From Dehalococcoidia bacterium UBA2160 (GTDB taxonomy: Bacteria; Chloroflexota; Dehalococcoidia; Lucifugimonadales; UBA1123), in the NCBI GenBank assembly GCA_002328865.1, contig DCWO01000139.1, positions 27,633-91,632 of the forward strand: 64,000 bases of DNA. Direction: 5' to 3'. Of the stretch, positions 55,277-64,000 are shown one piece after another. The translations under genes and the position numbers were made by a program. The notes under the pieces are model-generated. The model was not told the origin of the DNA, ran no database searches, and saw nothing but the letters and a program-made list of their open reading frames with translations. The stretch's first letter is position 1. The number at the start of each line of letters is the position of its first letter.

Positions 55277-56605
55277 CTAAGACGTGTGCGTCGATTCTTT
55301 CAACATGCTCCGCATCAGTTTCAGGTAGGACTGCTTCGTGAGGGGCGCCTCGTATTGGCCCACGATGCGGTTGGCGTGGCTTGCTCCGTCGGCGAGCAAG
55401 TCGATCACGGTCATCGCCATGGCCTTGGCGCCGGTTAGCACGCCCAACTCGTAGTCCTGGACCACGTAGTCATTGCCATGGCCGTTTCCGGTGGCGGCGA
55501 CGACGTAGGGATGGATGACGGGCATGAGCTGCGATACGTCGCCCATGTCCGTCGAGCCCGTGCGGTGCCCGAGCCTGACCAGGTTGTCTTTGCCAACCAA
55601 CGAGCAGGCATTCTCGCCGTACAGCCTCAGCATGCTTTCGTCGCTTTGGATCGGCAGGTAGCCGGGCAGGGTGGTGATCTCGACCGATCCGCCCACCGCC
55701 ATGGCTCCGGCTCGCAACGCTCGGTCCACCTTCTCGGACGCGTCCTTGAACGCCTCGATGCTGGCGCCGCGAACGTAAGTCTCCATCCTGACGTCGGCGG
55801 GCACCGAGCTCACGGCGATTCCGCCTTGGGTGATGATTGGGTGGATACGCACAGTCCCGGCGTCCCTGTAAGTCTCTCGCTGTGCGTGGATGCCGGACAT
55901 GGCGATCATGGCGGCATTCAGTGCGTTGACGCCCATATGAGGCGCCCCACCGGCGTGAGAAGCACGGCCGAGAAAACGAATCCTCTTGGCAACCATGCCG
56001 TTGTTGGAGCCGCCGAAGGCTATCTTGCCCTCGTTGGCGTTGGCGGACGTGTGCGTCATCATGGCGAGATCGACGTCGTCGAGGGCGCCGAGCCGGATGA
56101 ATTCGGGCTTGCCGCCGATGAATTCCAGCTTGCCCTGCCGCCGCAAATCGTCTCGATACTCTATTTCGATGTACTCCTCGGCAGGGACAGCGATCAACGC
56201 CACTCTGCCGGCCAGATTCTCCATGACGCCTTGGGCCTGAAGACCGGCCGCAACGCCGAGCATCATCCCGATTTGACAGTGGTGGCCGCAGGCATGCGCC
56301 GCGCTCGTTTCCGGGTCGGCGTGGGGATGGCCGATGACCCTCAGTGAATCCAGCTCACCCATCACGGCCAGGGTCGGGCCAGGGGACCCGCCGTCCAACC
56401 CGCCTTTGACACCCGTAATGGCGATTCCGCCCTCATGCTCGATGCCCCAGTCGCAGAAGATTTCCCTGACGAGCCGAGAGGTTTTCTGCTCGCGAAAACC
56501 CGGCTCAGGATTGTCGAGAATGGTCTTGGCGGTCCTGACCAACTGCTTCCCACGCGCGTCGATCTCCGCGACAGCGCGGGCTTTCAGCTCCTCGATGCTC
56601 GGCAT
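55277..56605 (-). CDS. M20-family amidohydrolase (M20D/AbgB-like), tandem paralog
   Basis: 442 aa, collinear with the downstream paralog (about 55-60% identity by eye). AHACGHHCQ, PAEE, GRASHAGGAPHMGVNAL, TGSTDMGD. Confidence 0.88.
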   Translation of the reverse strand: MPSIEELKARAVAEIDARGKQLVRTAKTILDNPEPGFREQKTSRLVREIFCDWGIEHEGGIAITGVKGGLDGGSPGPTLAVMGELDSLRVIGHPHADPETSAAHACGHHCQIGMMLGVAAGLQAQGVMENLAGRVALIAVPAEEYIEIEYRDDLRRQGKLEFIGGKPEFIRLGALDDVDLAMMTHTSANANEGKIAFGGSNNGMVAKRIRFLGRASHAGGAPHMGVNALNAAMIAMSGIHAQRETYRDAGTVRIHPIITQGGIAVSSVPADVRMETYVRGASIEAFKDASEKVDRALRAGAMAVGGSVEITTLPGYLPIQSDESMLRLYGENACSLVGKDNLVRLGHRTGSTDMGDVSQLMPVIHPYVVAATGNGHGNDYVVQDYELGVLTGAKAMAMTVIDLLADGASHANRIVGQYEAPLTKQSYLKLMRSMLKESTHTS

Positions 56606-56775
56606 GTGTGCGCTCCTTGTTGCTTTGGTCAGCCGGAAGAGGCTGCGGGTCGCCCAATTTGCACCATCCGGCGACGCCCGTAGCGGTGGTGACTAATCGC
56701 CTGGCGATTGTAGCATCCATGGCGGGGCGGGCCAATACGATTGCCCGCGCCAGCGAGGATGCCGCCGAAGAACGT

Positions 56776-57327
56776 TCAAGACACGACTCCGCCGCGTATG
56801 AAGCGTCGGGTGTTTTTCGTGTGGACGAGCCTCGCGGTGACCGCGACGATAATGATGAACCCGACCAGTTCCGGGAAATCGGTGAAGAACCGGAGAGCGT
56901 CGGAGACGTGCCTTGAGGCCCACTCACCCACCGGCGGATACGAGGCCCCGAAGTCCCAGCCTAGAAACGGCCAGAATAAGACGGATGCTGTCTGCCACGT
57001 TCGATCAAACATAATATGGCCGGCGCTGGACACCGCCGCCAAGGTTAACTTCTGACCGCGTCCCAGCGCCCAGACGGTCAGTCCCAAGCCCAGCAGCGTC
57101 ACCGCGAAAACCAGGGTATGCGCGATGCTGCGGAGACTGTTGTCCACCAGGCCAGGTGCGATCCACAGACCCAGGGGTTTGTCGATCAGATCGGGGGCCA
57201 TCGAGCCGACGATGACCAGCCTGAAATCCATCGATAGAGCCACGGCACGCTTCCGCCAGCTTGAAGCCGCCAAGCGGAAGGCGTACGCGGCCCCGATTGT
57301 CAGGCCGACATGGCCGAACACAAACAA
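56776..57327 (-). CDS. membrane-bound metal-dependent hydrolase, DUF457/YdjM-like
   Basis: 183 aa. MFVFGHVGLTIGAAY..., DLIDKPLG, SIAHTLVF. Multiple TM helices with conserved His/Asp, as in DUF457. Confidence 0.7.
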   Translation of the reverse strand: MFVFGHVGLTIGAAYAFRLAASSWRKRAVALSMDFRLVIVGSMAPDLIDKPLGLWIAPGLVDNSLRSIAHTLVFAVTLLGLGLTVWALGRGQKLTLAAVSSAGHIMFDRTWQTASVLFWPFLGWDFGASYPPVGEWASRHVSDALRFFTDFPELVGFIIIVAVTARLVHTKNTRRFIRGGVVS

Positions 57328-57591
57328 ACTCTCGTCCCCCCGCGCAGTTCGATGATCGCCGGGAAGCGTACCACACCGGGACCCCGCGACCTGGACTCAG
57401 ACCGACACTGAGTCGACAACGCGGTGTTCGCCAGCGATGATCTTTGTGCACGGCCAAGATGGGGGAAAGCCCATGCTTGTGCACGACAGAGACTCGGTTG
57501 CAGGAGCATCAAGGCTGTGCTAAGGTCACACCCGCCGCCTTGTCAGGGGCTCGATCGACTACGCTGTCAAAGCCGACTCGGGGGGACGAGA

Positions 57592-59346
57592 ATGCCAGGG
57601 CCGTACTCCGTCAAATTCGAATACAACGTCGCGATCATGATGCGCGATGGGACCACCACTTACGCCGACGTATTCCGGCCCGACGTGGCCGGAAAGACGC
57701 CGGCCCTCCTCAGCCGAACGCCGTACGACAAATCCGCGCCCGCCAACCGGACAGGCACGCTGGACGCCATACGCGGCGCCATGAGCGGGTACGCCGTCGT
57801 GGTGCAGGACGTTCGGGGCCGGTACAGTTCCGACGGCGTGTTCTACACGTTCGTCAACGAAATCGACGATGGCTACGACTCCGTCGAGTGGGTGGCGAGC
57901 CAGCCGTGGTGCGACGGCAATGTCGGGATGTACGGCGTCTCCTATGTGGGCGCCACCCAGTGGTTGACTGCGAAGTCGAATGCGCCGTCGCTCAAGGCGA
58001 TCGTGCCCGGCGTCACCGCTTCGGACTACCACGAGGGATGGACATGGCAGGGCGGCGCATTCGAACTCGGCTTCAACCTGTCCTGGGCCATGGGGGGGCT
58101 CACCGCCGCGAACTGGACGAACATCTCCCGAAGGTTGCATCTGCACGACGATGACCTGGAGCGTCTGATCGTGGCGAAGGACAACCTCACGGACGCGTAT
58201 CGCCATCTGCCCATGGCCGAGATGCCTCACCTGATGGGCGAACTCGCGCCGTACTACTACGACTGGCTGGATCATCCGGAATACGACGACTACTGGAAGA
58301 CGGTCAGCATCGAGGAGTCCCACTCCGACATCACCGTGCCGGCGTTCAACTTCGGCGGATGGCACGATATTTTCCTTGGCGGCACCATCCGGAACTTCAC
58401 GCGGATGCGCGAGCTCGGAGCAACGGAATCTGCCCGCAACGGTCAGCGCCTCCTGATCGGACCGTGGGTCCACGGCGGCGCTCCGACTAACGTCTCGGGA
58501 GCACACAACTTCGGGACACGAGCGGCGGCGGCGGAAATCGACCTCCAGGGCCAAATGCTCCGGTTCTACGACCACTGGCTGAAGGGCGAGGACAACGGCG
58601 TCTCCGACGACAAGCCTGTGCGCATCTTCGTCATGGGAGAGAACGTATGGCGCTCCGAAGACGAGTGGCCGCTCTCGCGGGCGAACATCGTGAACTTCTA
58701 CCTCCACAGCGCCGGCAAAGCAAACTCATTGAGCGGCGACGGACGGTTGTCGCAAGAGTTGCCGAATGGCGAAGAAGAGCCGGACGTGTACGCCTACAAT
58801 CCGTTGAATCCCGTTCCGACGCTCGGGGGCGGATTGTGTTGCGACGTCGGGTTCATGGCCGCTGGCGTCTACGACCAGCGTCGCGTGGAGGGCCGTGATG
58901 ACGTCCTCGTATACAGCACGCCCCCGCTGGGCCGGGACGTGGAGGTGACCGGGCCGATCAGCGTCACGCTCTTCGCGTCCAGCTCGGCTTTCGACACCGA
59001 TTTCACAGCCAAGCTCGTAGACGTCGATCCCGCCGGTTACGCTCGAAACCTGACAGACGGCATAGTTCGCGCTAGGTATCGTTTCACGCGGCAACCGGCG
59101 AGCCTGCTGCAGCCAGGTCAGGTCTACGAGTTCACGATCGACCTGTGGGCAACCAGCAATCTTTTCAAGCAAGGGCATAGCATCAGGCTCGAAGTTTCGA
59201 GCAGCAACTTCCCGCGGTTCGACCGGAACACCAACACCGGGGAGGCGATAGGGTCCGACGCCGAACATGTATCGGCCCTGCAGCACGTATTCCATACGAG
59301 CGAGTACCCGTCGCACGTCAAGCTCCCGCTGATTCCGAGAGACTAG
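57592..59346 (+). CDS. CocE/NonD-family serine hydrolase (S15 X-Pro dipeptidyl-peptidase-like)
   Basis: 584 aa from ATG 57592 (GGGGGA upstream). MRDGTTTYADVFRP, LSRTPYDK, VQDVRGRYSSDG, GMYGVSYVG (nucleophile elbow GxSYxG), and a C-terminal jelly-roll with SSSNFPRFDRNTNTG. Confidence 0.9.
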   Translation: MPGPYSVKFEYNVAIMMRDGTTTYADVFRPDVAGKTPALLSRTPYDKSAPANRTGTLDAIRGAMSGYAVVVQDVRGRYSSDGVFYTFVNEIDDGYDSVEWVASQPWCDGNVGMYGVSYVGATQWLTAKSNAPSLKAIVPGVTASDYHEGWTWQGGAFELGFNLSWAMGGLTAANWTNISRRLHLHDDDLERLIVAKDNLTDAYRHLPMAEMPHLMGELAPYYYDWLDHPEYDDYWKTVSIEESHSDITVPAFNFGGWHDIFLGGTIRNFTRMRELGATESARNGQRLLIGPWVHGGAPTNVSGAHNFGTRAAAAEIDLQGQMLRFYDHWLKGEDNGVSDDKPVRIFVMGENVWRSEDEWPLSRANIVNFYLHSAGKANSLSGDGRLSQELPNGEEEPDVYAYNPLNPVPTLGGGLCCDVGFMAAGVYDQRRVEGRDDVLVYSTPPLGRDVEVTGPISVTLFASSSAFDTDFTAKLVDVDPAGYARNLTDGIVRARYRFTRQPASLLQPGQVYEFTIDLWATSNLFKQGHSIRLEVSSSNFPRFDRNTNTGEAIGSDAEHVSALQHVFHTSEYPSHVKLPLIPRD

Positions 59347-59368
59347 GATAGCCGGATCCCGAACGAGG

Positions 59369-60319
59369 TCAGGCCAGGCAGCGGACAGGTTTGCCGCCGT
59401 TGTATTCGATCATGTCGGCGATCATCGGGCGAGCGTCCATCGCGACCCCGAGAGGCTCTCCCCGTATCTCGGAGTATGTCCGATGGATGTTGCCCGCCAG
59501 GCGCTCCGAGTCGTGCCACCCGCTGAACCGCCCTAGATCGGTTTGTCGCGCCAGATCAAGCGGAGATAGCCCGGCCTCGTAACCCTTCCTAGCAGTCTCC
59601 TGTAGGAAGCGCAGATACGCGGTCATGTCGTCGAGCATCTCAGGGCCGCAAAGCGCCCCGTGTCCGAGAACGATAGTTTCGACGTCCAACTCACGCAGCC
59701 GGCCCAACGCCCGAAGCGAACCCTCGACCGATCCGGCAATCACAAACGGCGTGCCGGCGTTGAAGACCAGGTCGCCGCTGAACAACAGCTTTCGTTCAGG
59801 GATCCAGTAGACGGTGTCGTTGCTGGTGTGGGCTGGACCGACGAAGATCGCCTCGATTAGCAACTCGTCGACGTAGACGTTGATCTGATCCGTGAACGTG
59901 ACGAACGGCGGCGCCATCTCGATCTTACCCCAGTCGACATTGGGGAACAGGCCTCCGCCGCTTCCGCCACCGGGCGGCAGCCCCGCCTCGAACATGGCCT
60001 GTCTCGTGAGCTCATGCCCGATAATCGTGGCAGTTGGGAACAGGTAGTTTCCGTGCGTGTGGTCTCCGTGATGATGAGTGTTCACCAGCGTCCTGAGCGG
60101 CAGATCGGTGACGGTCCGGATGGCGTCGTGAAACGCCCGAGCGCGGGCCTCCGTGAAGCACGTGTCGATAACGGTCACTGCGTCCCGCCCGACCGCGAAC
60201 CCGCAGTTGTTCAGCCCCCAACTCCCGTCGAGCTGCACATACGCGTAGATGCCGGGACTGACCTCTTCGATGGTCGGAGGCGGAATCTCGTCTGAGATGG
60301 GCAGGTGTGGGGCCGTCAT
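59369..60319 (-). CDS. MBL-fold metallo-hydrolase
   Basis: 316 aa. VNTHHHGDHTHGN (HxHxDH), GPAHTSNDTV, LGHG. Confidence 0.88.
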   Translation of the reverse strand: MTAPHLPISDEIPPPTIEEVSPGIYAYVQLDGSWGLNNCGFAVGRDAVTVIDTCFTEARARAFHDAIRTVTDLPLRTLVNTHHHGDHTHGNYLFPTATIIGHELTRQAMFEAGLPPGGGSGGGLFPNVDWGKIEMAPPFVTFTDQINVYVDELLIEAIFVGPAHTSNDTVYWIPERKLLFSGDLVFNAGTPFVIAGSVEGSLRALGRLRELDVETIVLGHGALCGPEMLDDMTAYLRFLQETARKGYEAGLSPLDLARQTDLGRFSGWHDSERLAGNIHRTYSEIRGEPLGVAMDARPMIADMIEYNGGKPVRCLA

Positions 60320-60385
60320 ATCATCATCACTCGGCAGGTTCGATCGCGATCGAATCTTCGCCCTGGATTGTTGATCGCCCGCGGC

Positions 60386-62143
60386 CTAATCGTCATCCTC
60401 CAGCGTGCTGGTGTCGCCCTCTGGGAGGCCGAGTTCGCGGGCTTTGAGTAGGCGGCGCATGATTTTGCCGCTGCGTGTCTTGGGCAGGGATGGGACGAAT
60501 TCGATCTCACGAGGCGCCACCATGGTGGACAGCTTCTCGCGGGCGAATCGCATGATGTCGTTGCGAAGCGCGGTGCTCTCCTCCACGCCGTCGTTGAGCG
60601 AGACGAAAGCTTTCACGATCTCCATGGCGATAGGATCGGGCTTGCCGATGACTCCGGCTTCGGCCACGTCGGGGTGCTCGATGAGGGCGCTCTCGACCTC
60701 AAACGGCCCCACGAGGTGGCCGGCGGTGTTTATCACGTCGTCGGCGCGTCCCACGAACCAGAAATAACCGTCCTCGTCGACTCGGGCGCGATCCCCGGTT
60801 ATGTACCAACCTTTTTTGAATCGGGAGTTGTACATAGTGGAGTTCTCCCAGTAAGCGTGGAACATCCCTGGCCAGTTGGGGCGGACGACCAGGTTCCCGT
60901 CTTCGCCTGCCGGGACCGCGTTGAAGTCGTCGTCGACGATGCCAAGCTCGACGCCCGGAATCGGCCTGCCCATGGAGCCCGGCTTTATCGGCATCGCGGC
61001 GTAGTTCGCGCACATGATCGCGCCGGTCTCGGTTTGCCACCAGTTGTCGTGGAATGGCATTCCGATGGCCTCTTCGCCCCACACGACTGCTTCTGGATTG
61101 AGCGGCTCGCCGACGCTGGCGGAGAACCGAAGGCTGGAGAGGTCGTACCGATGTGGAACGGCGACGCCGGCCTTCATGAGCATGCGGATCGCCGTCGGCG
61201 CCGTGTACCACACGGTGACTTTGTGCTTCTGAATCTGCTCGAACCAGGCGCTGGCACGGAATCCGCCCTCGTAGATTAGTTGCGTGACGCCGTTGGTCCA
61301 CGGGGCCATCATTCCGTACGAGGTGCCGGTGACCCATCCTGGGTCGGCGGTGCACCAGTAGATGTCGTCTTCGTGCAGGTCCAGCGCCCACTTCCCAGTG
61401 GCATACTGCTGGACGCACGCCTGATGGCGGTGGACCGCGCCCTTGGGCTTGCCGGTGGTGCCCGACGTGTAGTGCATGATCGAGTAGTCGTACTGGCTCG
61501 TGTTGACTATCGAGAAATCGCTTGGCGCGGCTTCCATCTGAGCGTCGTAGTCGAGGTCGCCTGCTTCAAGAGCCGACTCGTCTCGGCCGTTTTTGTTGAT
61601 TATGATCGTGTGCTCCAAGGCGGGGAGTTGGGAGAGAATTTCGGCGACCTTCCTGCGGAGGTCGGGCTGTGTGACCAGTATCTTTGCGCCACTGTCTTCG
61701 AGCCTGTCTCTCACGGGATCGGGACCGAAGGCGGAGAACAACGGGCCGACCACGGCGCCTGCTTTGAGTATTCCGAAGAACGCGATGTACAGCTCGGGTA
61801 TGCGATCCAAGAACAGGAACACGCGGTCGCCGGTCTCGATCCCCAGGTTTTGCAGCGCGCCGGCAAACCTGTCGGTCAGCTCCTTCATCTGGCCGAACGT
61901 GTAGTCTTCGCGTTCGCCGTTCTTGCCCTCCCAGATCATCGCGATCTTGTCGCGACGGGGACCGTTTGCGTGCCGGTCGATGGCCTCGTGCGCCTTGTTG
62001 AGGCCTCCTCCCGGAAGCCAATCGAGTTCGGAGTACACCTGCTCCCAATCGAATTCGCCCACGTTGTCCGGATCCAAATTGGGCTTTACCTTGAACTGGT
62101 CGACCGGCGGCTTTCCTATGGTTTCGAACGTCGACGTGGTCAC
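60386..62143 (-). CDS. AMP-forming acyl-CoA synthetase (AcsA/acetate-CoA ligase-like)
   Basis: 585 aa. NKAHEAIDRH, MHYTSGTTGKPKGAVH, WWQTETG, YITGDRARVDEDGYFWFVGRADDVI, LPKTRSGKIMRRLL. Confidence 0.9.
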   Translation of the reverse strand: MTTSTFETIGKPPVDQFKVKPNLDPDNVGEFDWEQVYSELDWLPGGGLNKAHEAIDRHANGPRRDKIAMIWEGKNGEREDYTFGQMKELTDRFAGALQNLGIETGDRVFLFLDRIPELYIAFFGILKAGAVVGPLFSAFGPDPVRDRLEDSGAKILVTQPDLRRKVAEILSQLPALEHTIIINKNGRDESALEAGDLDYDAQMEAAPSDFSIVNTSQYDYSIMHYTSGTTGKPKGAVHRHQACVQQYATGKWALDLHEDDIYWCTADPGWVTGTSYGMMAPWTNGVTQLIYEGGFRASAWFEQIQKHKVTVWYTAPTAIRMLMKAGVAVPHRYDLSSLRFSASVGEPLNPEAVVWGEEAIGMPFHDNWWQTETGAIMCANYAAMPIKPGSMGRPIPGVELGIVDDDFNAVPAGEDGNLVVRPNWPGMFHAYWENSTMYNSRFKKGWYITGDRARVDEDGYFWFVGRADDVINTAGHLVGPFEVESALIEHPDVAEAGVIGKPDPIAMEIVKAFVSLNDGVEESTALRNDIMRFAREKLSTMVAPREIEFVPSLPKTRSGKIMRRLLKARELGLPEGDTSTLEDDD

Positions 62144-62461
62144 AGTCTTCCTCCGGCGTGCTTCTAATTGGAGTGTTCTGACGTGTCCGGTCCGATTACA
62201 GTGAGCGTCAATTGGCGGCGATCAACCCCCGGCAGGCGTCTCGGACGCCTCGTCGAGCAGGCGGCGCCTGGTTCTTTGTGACGGTCGTACACTCCAACCG
62301 CGCCCTCAGCCATTCGGATCGGCAAATTGGGGACATTATACACAAACGATTCGGGGCCGTTGAGGCGTCGCGATCACGGAAAACGCGATGCTTCGATGGA
62401 GCGCATGATCAGCCAGCGCCGTGCGCGGCGACACTGAGGGACGGCTTTGTCGAAGAGTTCC

Positions 62462-62491
62462 TTGACCCTTCAACCAACCCGTCAATATAAT
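62462..62491 (+). promoter_or_regulatory. sigma-70-type promoter (TTGACC - 18 nt - TATAAT) for the crotonase/CoA-transferase genes
   Basis: -35 TTGACC at 62462-62467 and -10 TATAAT at 62486-62491. SD AGGAG at 62515-62519 and GTG start at 62527. Confidence 0.5.
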
Positions 62492-62526
62492 GGCCCAAAC
62501 CCAACCCTTCCATCAGGAGCAATCCC

Positions 62527-63291
62527 GTGAGATATGAGCTGATTAAACTTGAGCGCGATGAGAGCGTTGGCATCGTTACGCTCAACCGTCCTGAGGTTCT
62601 GAACGCCCTGAGCCGTCAACACTACAATGAAATCGACCAGGCGGTGACCGAACTGGAGGAAGACGACGATATCCGAGTGGTCATCTTTACCGGCTCGGGC
62701 GACAGAGCGTTTTCCGCGGGCGCGGACATTCACGAGATGGCGCGCATCGCCGAGGACCCCAACCCTCCTCCCGCCGATCCCAACCGACCCGAGATGACGT
62801 GGCACATCGCGGCGTGCACGAAACCGACCATCGGAGCGCTCAACGGGCTGGCCTACGGAGGCGGCGCGGTGCTTGCTTCGAGCTTCGACATACGAGTGGG
62901 TTGCGAGCGCACTCGATTCCGATTCCTGGCCGCCCAATACGGTCGGGTCAACTCCACCTGGAGCCTGCCCATGCAGGTTGGCTGGTCGATCGCAAAGGAC
63001 CTCCTGTTGACAGCCCGAGTTGTCGGCGCGGAGGAGTCGTTCCGAATCGGTCTGCTCAACTATCTCGTCCCTGTCGATCAACTCATGGAGAAGGCGATGG
63101 AGGTGGCGAAGCAAGTGGCCGCCAACGACCCGCGCATGGTGCAGGGGATCAAAGACCTGATGATTGAAGATATCGGCATGGGTTGGCGTGAGATGTACGA
63201 CAGCGAGTTGGAGGCGCAGGCCGGGAAGCTTGCCCCCACTCCCGTTTTGGAAGGGTTCAAACCATTCCTCGATAGAAAGGGGCGCAAGTAG
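62527..63291 (+). CDS. enoyl-CoA hydratase/isomerase (crotonase) family protein
   Basis: 254 aa. VTLNRPEVLNAL, VIFTGSGDRAFSAGADI, KPTIGALNGLAYGGGAVLASSFDIRV. Confidence 0.88.
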   Translation: MRYELIKLERDESVGIVTLNRPEVLNALSRQHYNEIDQAVTELEEDDDIRVVIFTGSGDRAFSAGADIHEMARIAEDPNPPPADPNRPEMTWHIAACTKPTIGALNGLAYGGGAVLASSFDIRVGCERTRFRFLAAQYGRVNSTWSLPMQVGWSIAKDLLLTARVVGAEESFRIGLLNYLVPVDQLMEKAMEVAKQVAANDPRMVQGIKDLMIEDIGMGWREMYDSELEAQAGKLAPTPVLEGFKPFLDRKGRK

Positions 63292-63293
63292 TT

Positions 63294-64000
63294 GTGACCG
63301 AACAGAACACACCGTTGCAGGGATTGAGGTTCCTCGATCTGGGCAGGTACCAGGCGGGGCCTCGCTGCGCCCTGATGTTTGCGAGAATGGGCGCGGAGGT
63401 CATCAAGATCGAGACGCCGGCCGGCGACGAGAGCCGCCGAAATGGCCCGCGCGTCCGCGGACAGAGCGCCTATTGGGTGCAGTACAACAGCGGCAAGAAG
63501 AGCCTGTCAGTCAACCTCAGAACCGACGAAGGCAAAGAGGTCCTGCGCGATCTGGTGAAGGTGTCCGACTTCTTCCTTCAGAACTTCCGGCCTGGGACGA
63601 TAGAGGTCATGGGATTCGGATACGAAGAACTGAAGAAGCTCAACCCCCGGATCATCATGATCAATGTCTCCGCGTACGGGCAGTACGGTCCGTACAAAGA
63701 CCGTGTGGGATTCGACCCGATCGGGCAGGCCATGGGCGGCCTGATGTCGCTGACCGGTTTCCCGGATGATCCGCCCATCCGGACCTACTTCCCGCTGATC
63801 GACCGAATCACGGCGCTGCACGCGACCATTGGCGCCCTCGCCGCGCTCCGCGAACGGGAAAACTCAGGCCTGGGGCAGGCCATCGACGTCTGCCTTGCCG
63901 ACACCGGTTTCACGACCAACGAGATACCGATCTCCGCGTATCTCGGCTCTGGCTACGAGCAACCTCGAGAAGGCAACGGCAAAGGCCTGGGCGGGACCTA
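63294..64000 (+). CDS. family III CoA-transferase (CaiB/BaiF type), 5' partial (runs off right edge)
   Basis: Self-translated from GTG 63294: TEQNTPLQGLRFLDLGRYQAGPRCALMFARMGAEVIKIETPAGDESR...WVQYNSGKKSLSVNLRTDEGKEVLRDLVKVSDFFLQNFRPG...GFDPIGQAMGGLMSLTG. These are canonical CaiB motifs. The track lists only a wrong-frame ORF here (63164..63769). Confidence 0.88.
   Translation, partial: MTEQNTPLQGLRFLDLGRYQAGPRCALMFARMGAEVIKIETPAGDESRRNGPRVRGQSAYWVQYNSGKKSLSVNLRTDEGKEVLRDLVKVSDFFLQNFRPGTIEVMGFGYEELKKLNPRIIMINVSAYGQYGPYKDRVGFDPIGQAMGGLMSLTGFPDDPPIRTYFPLIDRITALHATIGALAALRERENSGLGQAIDVCLADTGFTTNEIPISAYLGSGYEQPREGNGKGLGGT

Noticed and set aside
63164-63769. 201-aa plus-strand ORF listed in the track at the right edge
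   Set aside because: It is in the wrong frame. The frame starting at GTG 63294 gives a textbook CaiB/BaiF CoA-transferase sequence, whereas this ORF is Arg/Pro-rich with no motifs.
1-64000. Mobile elements, prophage, defence islands and CRISPR-Cas
   Set aside because: I saw no transposase, integrase, recombinase, phage structural, restriction-modification, toxin-antitoxin or cas-like translations, and no long direct or inverted repeats. The window looks like core chromosome.

Overview
GC-rich (about 60% by eye, not computed) bacterial chromosomal segment that is densely coding. I support about 62 CDS. I found no rRNA, tRNA, CRISPR array, transposase or integrase. Gene content suggests a monoderm-type, marine Chloroflexota/SAR202-like heterotroph: a short YidC with a basic tail plus Jag, and many crotonase, AMP-ligase, CaiB, SDR, MBL and M20 paralogs. 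This taxonomic call is inference only.

Layout, left to right:
1. A minus-strand operon (1-5159) encodes a transglutaminase-like protein, a carboxy(nor)spermidine-decarboxylase homolog, a DUF3326-like protein and a divergent SecA-like ATPase. The SecA-like gene runs off the left edge and is missing from the ORF track. This is the most unusual system in the window.
2. An rpmH-rnpA-yidD-(PQQ-propeller lipoprotein)-yidC-jag cluster follows.
3. Next come a PfkB kinase, two crotonases and an acyl-CoA ligase.
4. A SelA-like PLP enzyme sits upstream of serS.
5. A lipid block has a HadAB-like split dehydratase followed by plsX-fabG-fabL.
6. Then come iscA/erpA-ygfZ, a small zinc-ribbon gene and an AT-rich island.
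7. An SDR-lactonase-P-loop kinase module and a Zn-ADH follow.
8. A convergently split Opp/Dpp peptide ABC locus carries an extra lipoprotein gene.
9. Next are a DapA-like aldolase, an ABC exporter and an MBL hydrolase.
10. A PspC / acidic-repeat / LiaF-like envelope-stress module shows an apparent frameshift.
11. fabI is fused in an operon with a ComDE-like split ThDP decarboxylase, followed by an MFS transporter.
12. A complete eight-gene MoxR-DUF58-BatA-E (Bat-type) operon follows.
13. Then tandem M20 amidohydrolase paralogs, a DUF457 protein, a CocE/NonD hydrolase, an MBL hydrolase, an AcsA-like ligase, a crotonase and a partial CaiB-type CoA-transferase.

All family assignments come from reading motifs in the supplied or self-made translations. 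No database search was run.
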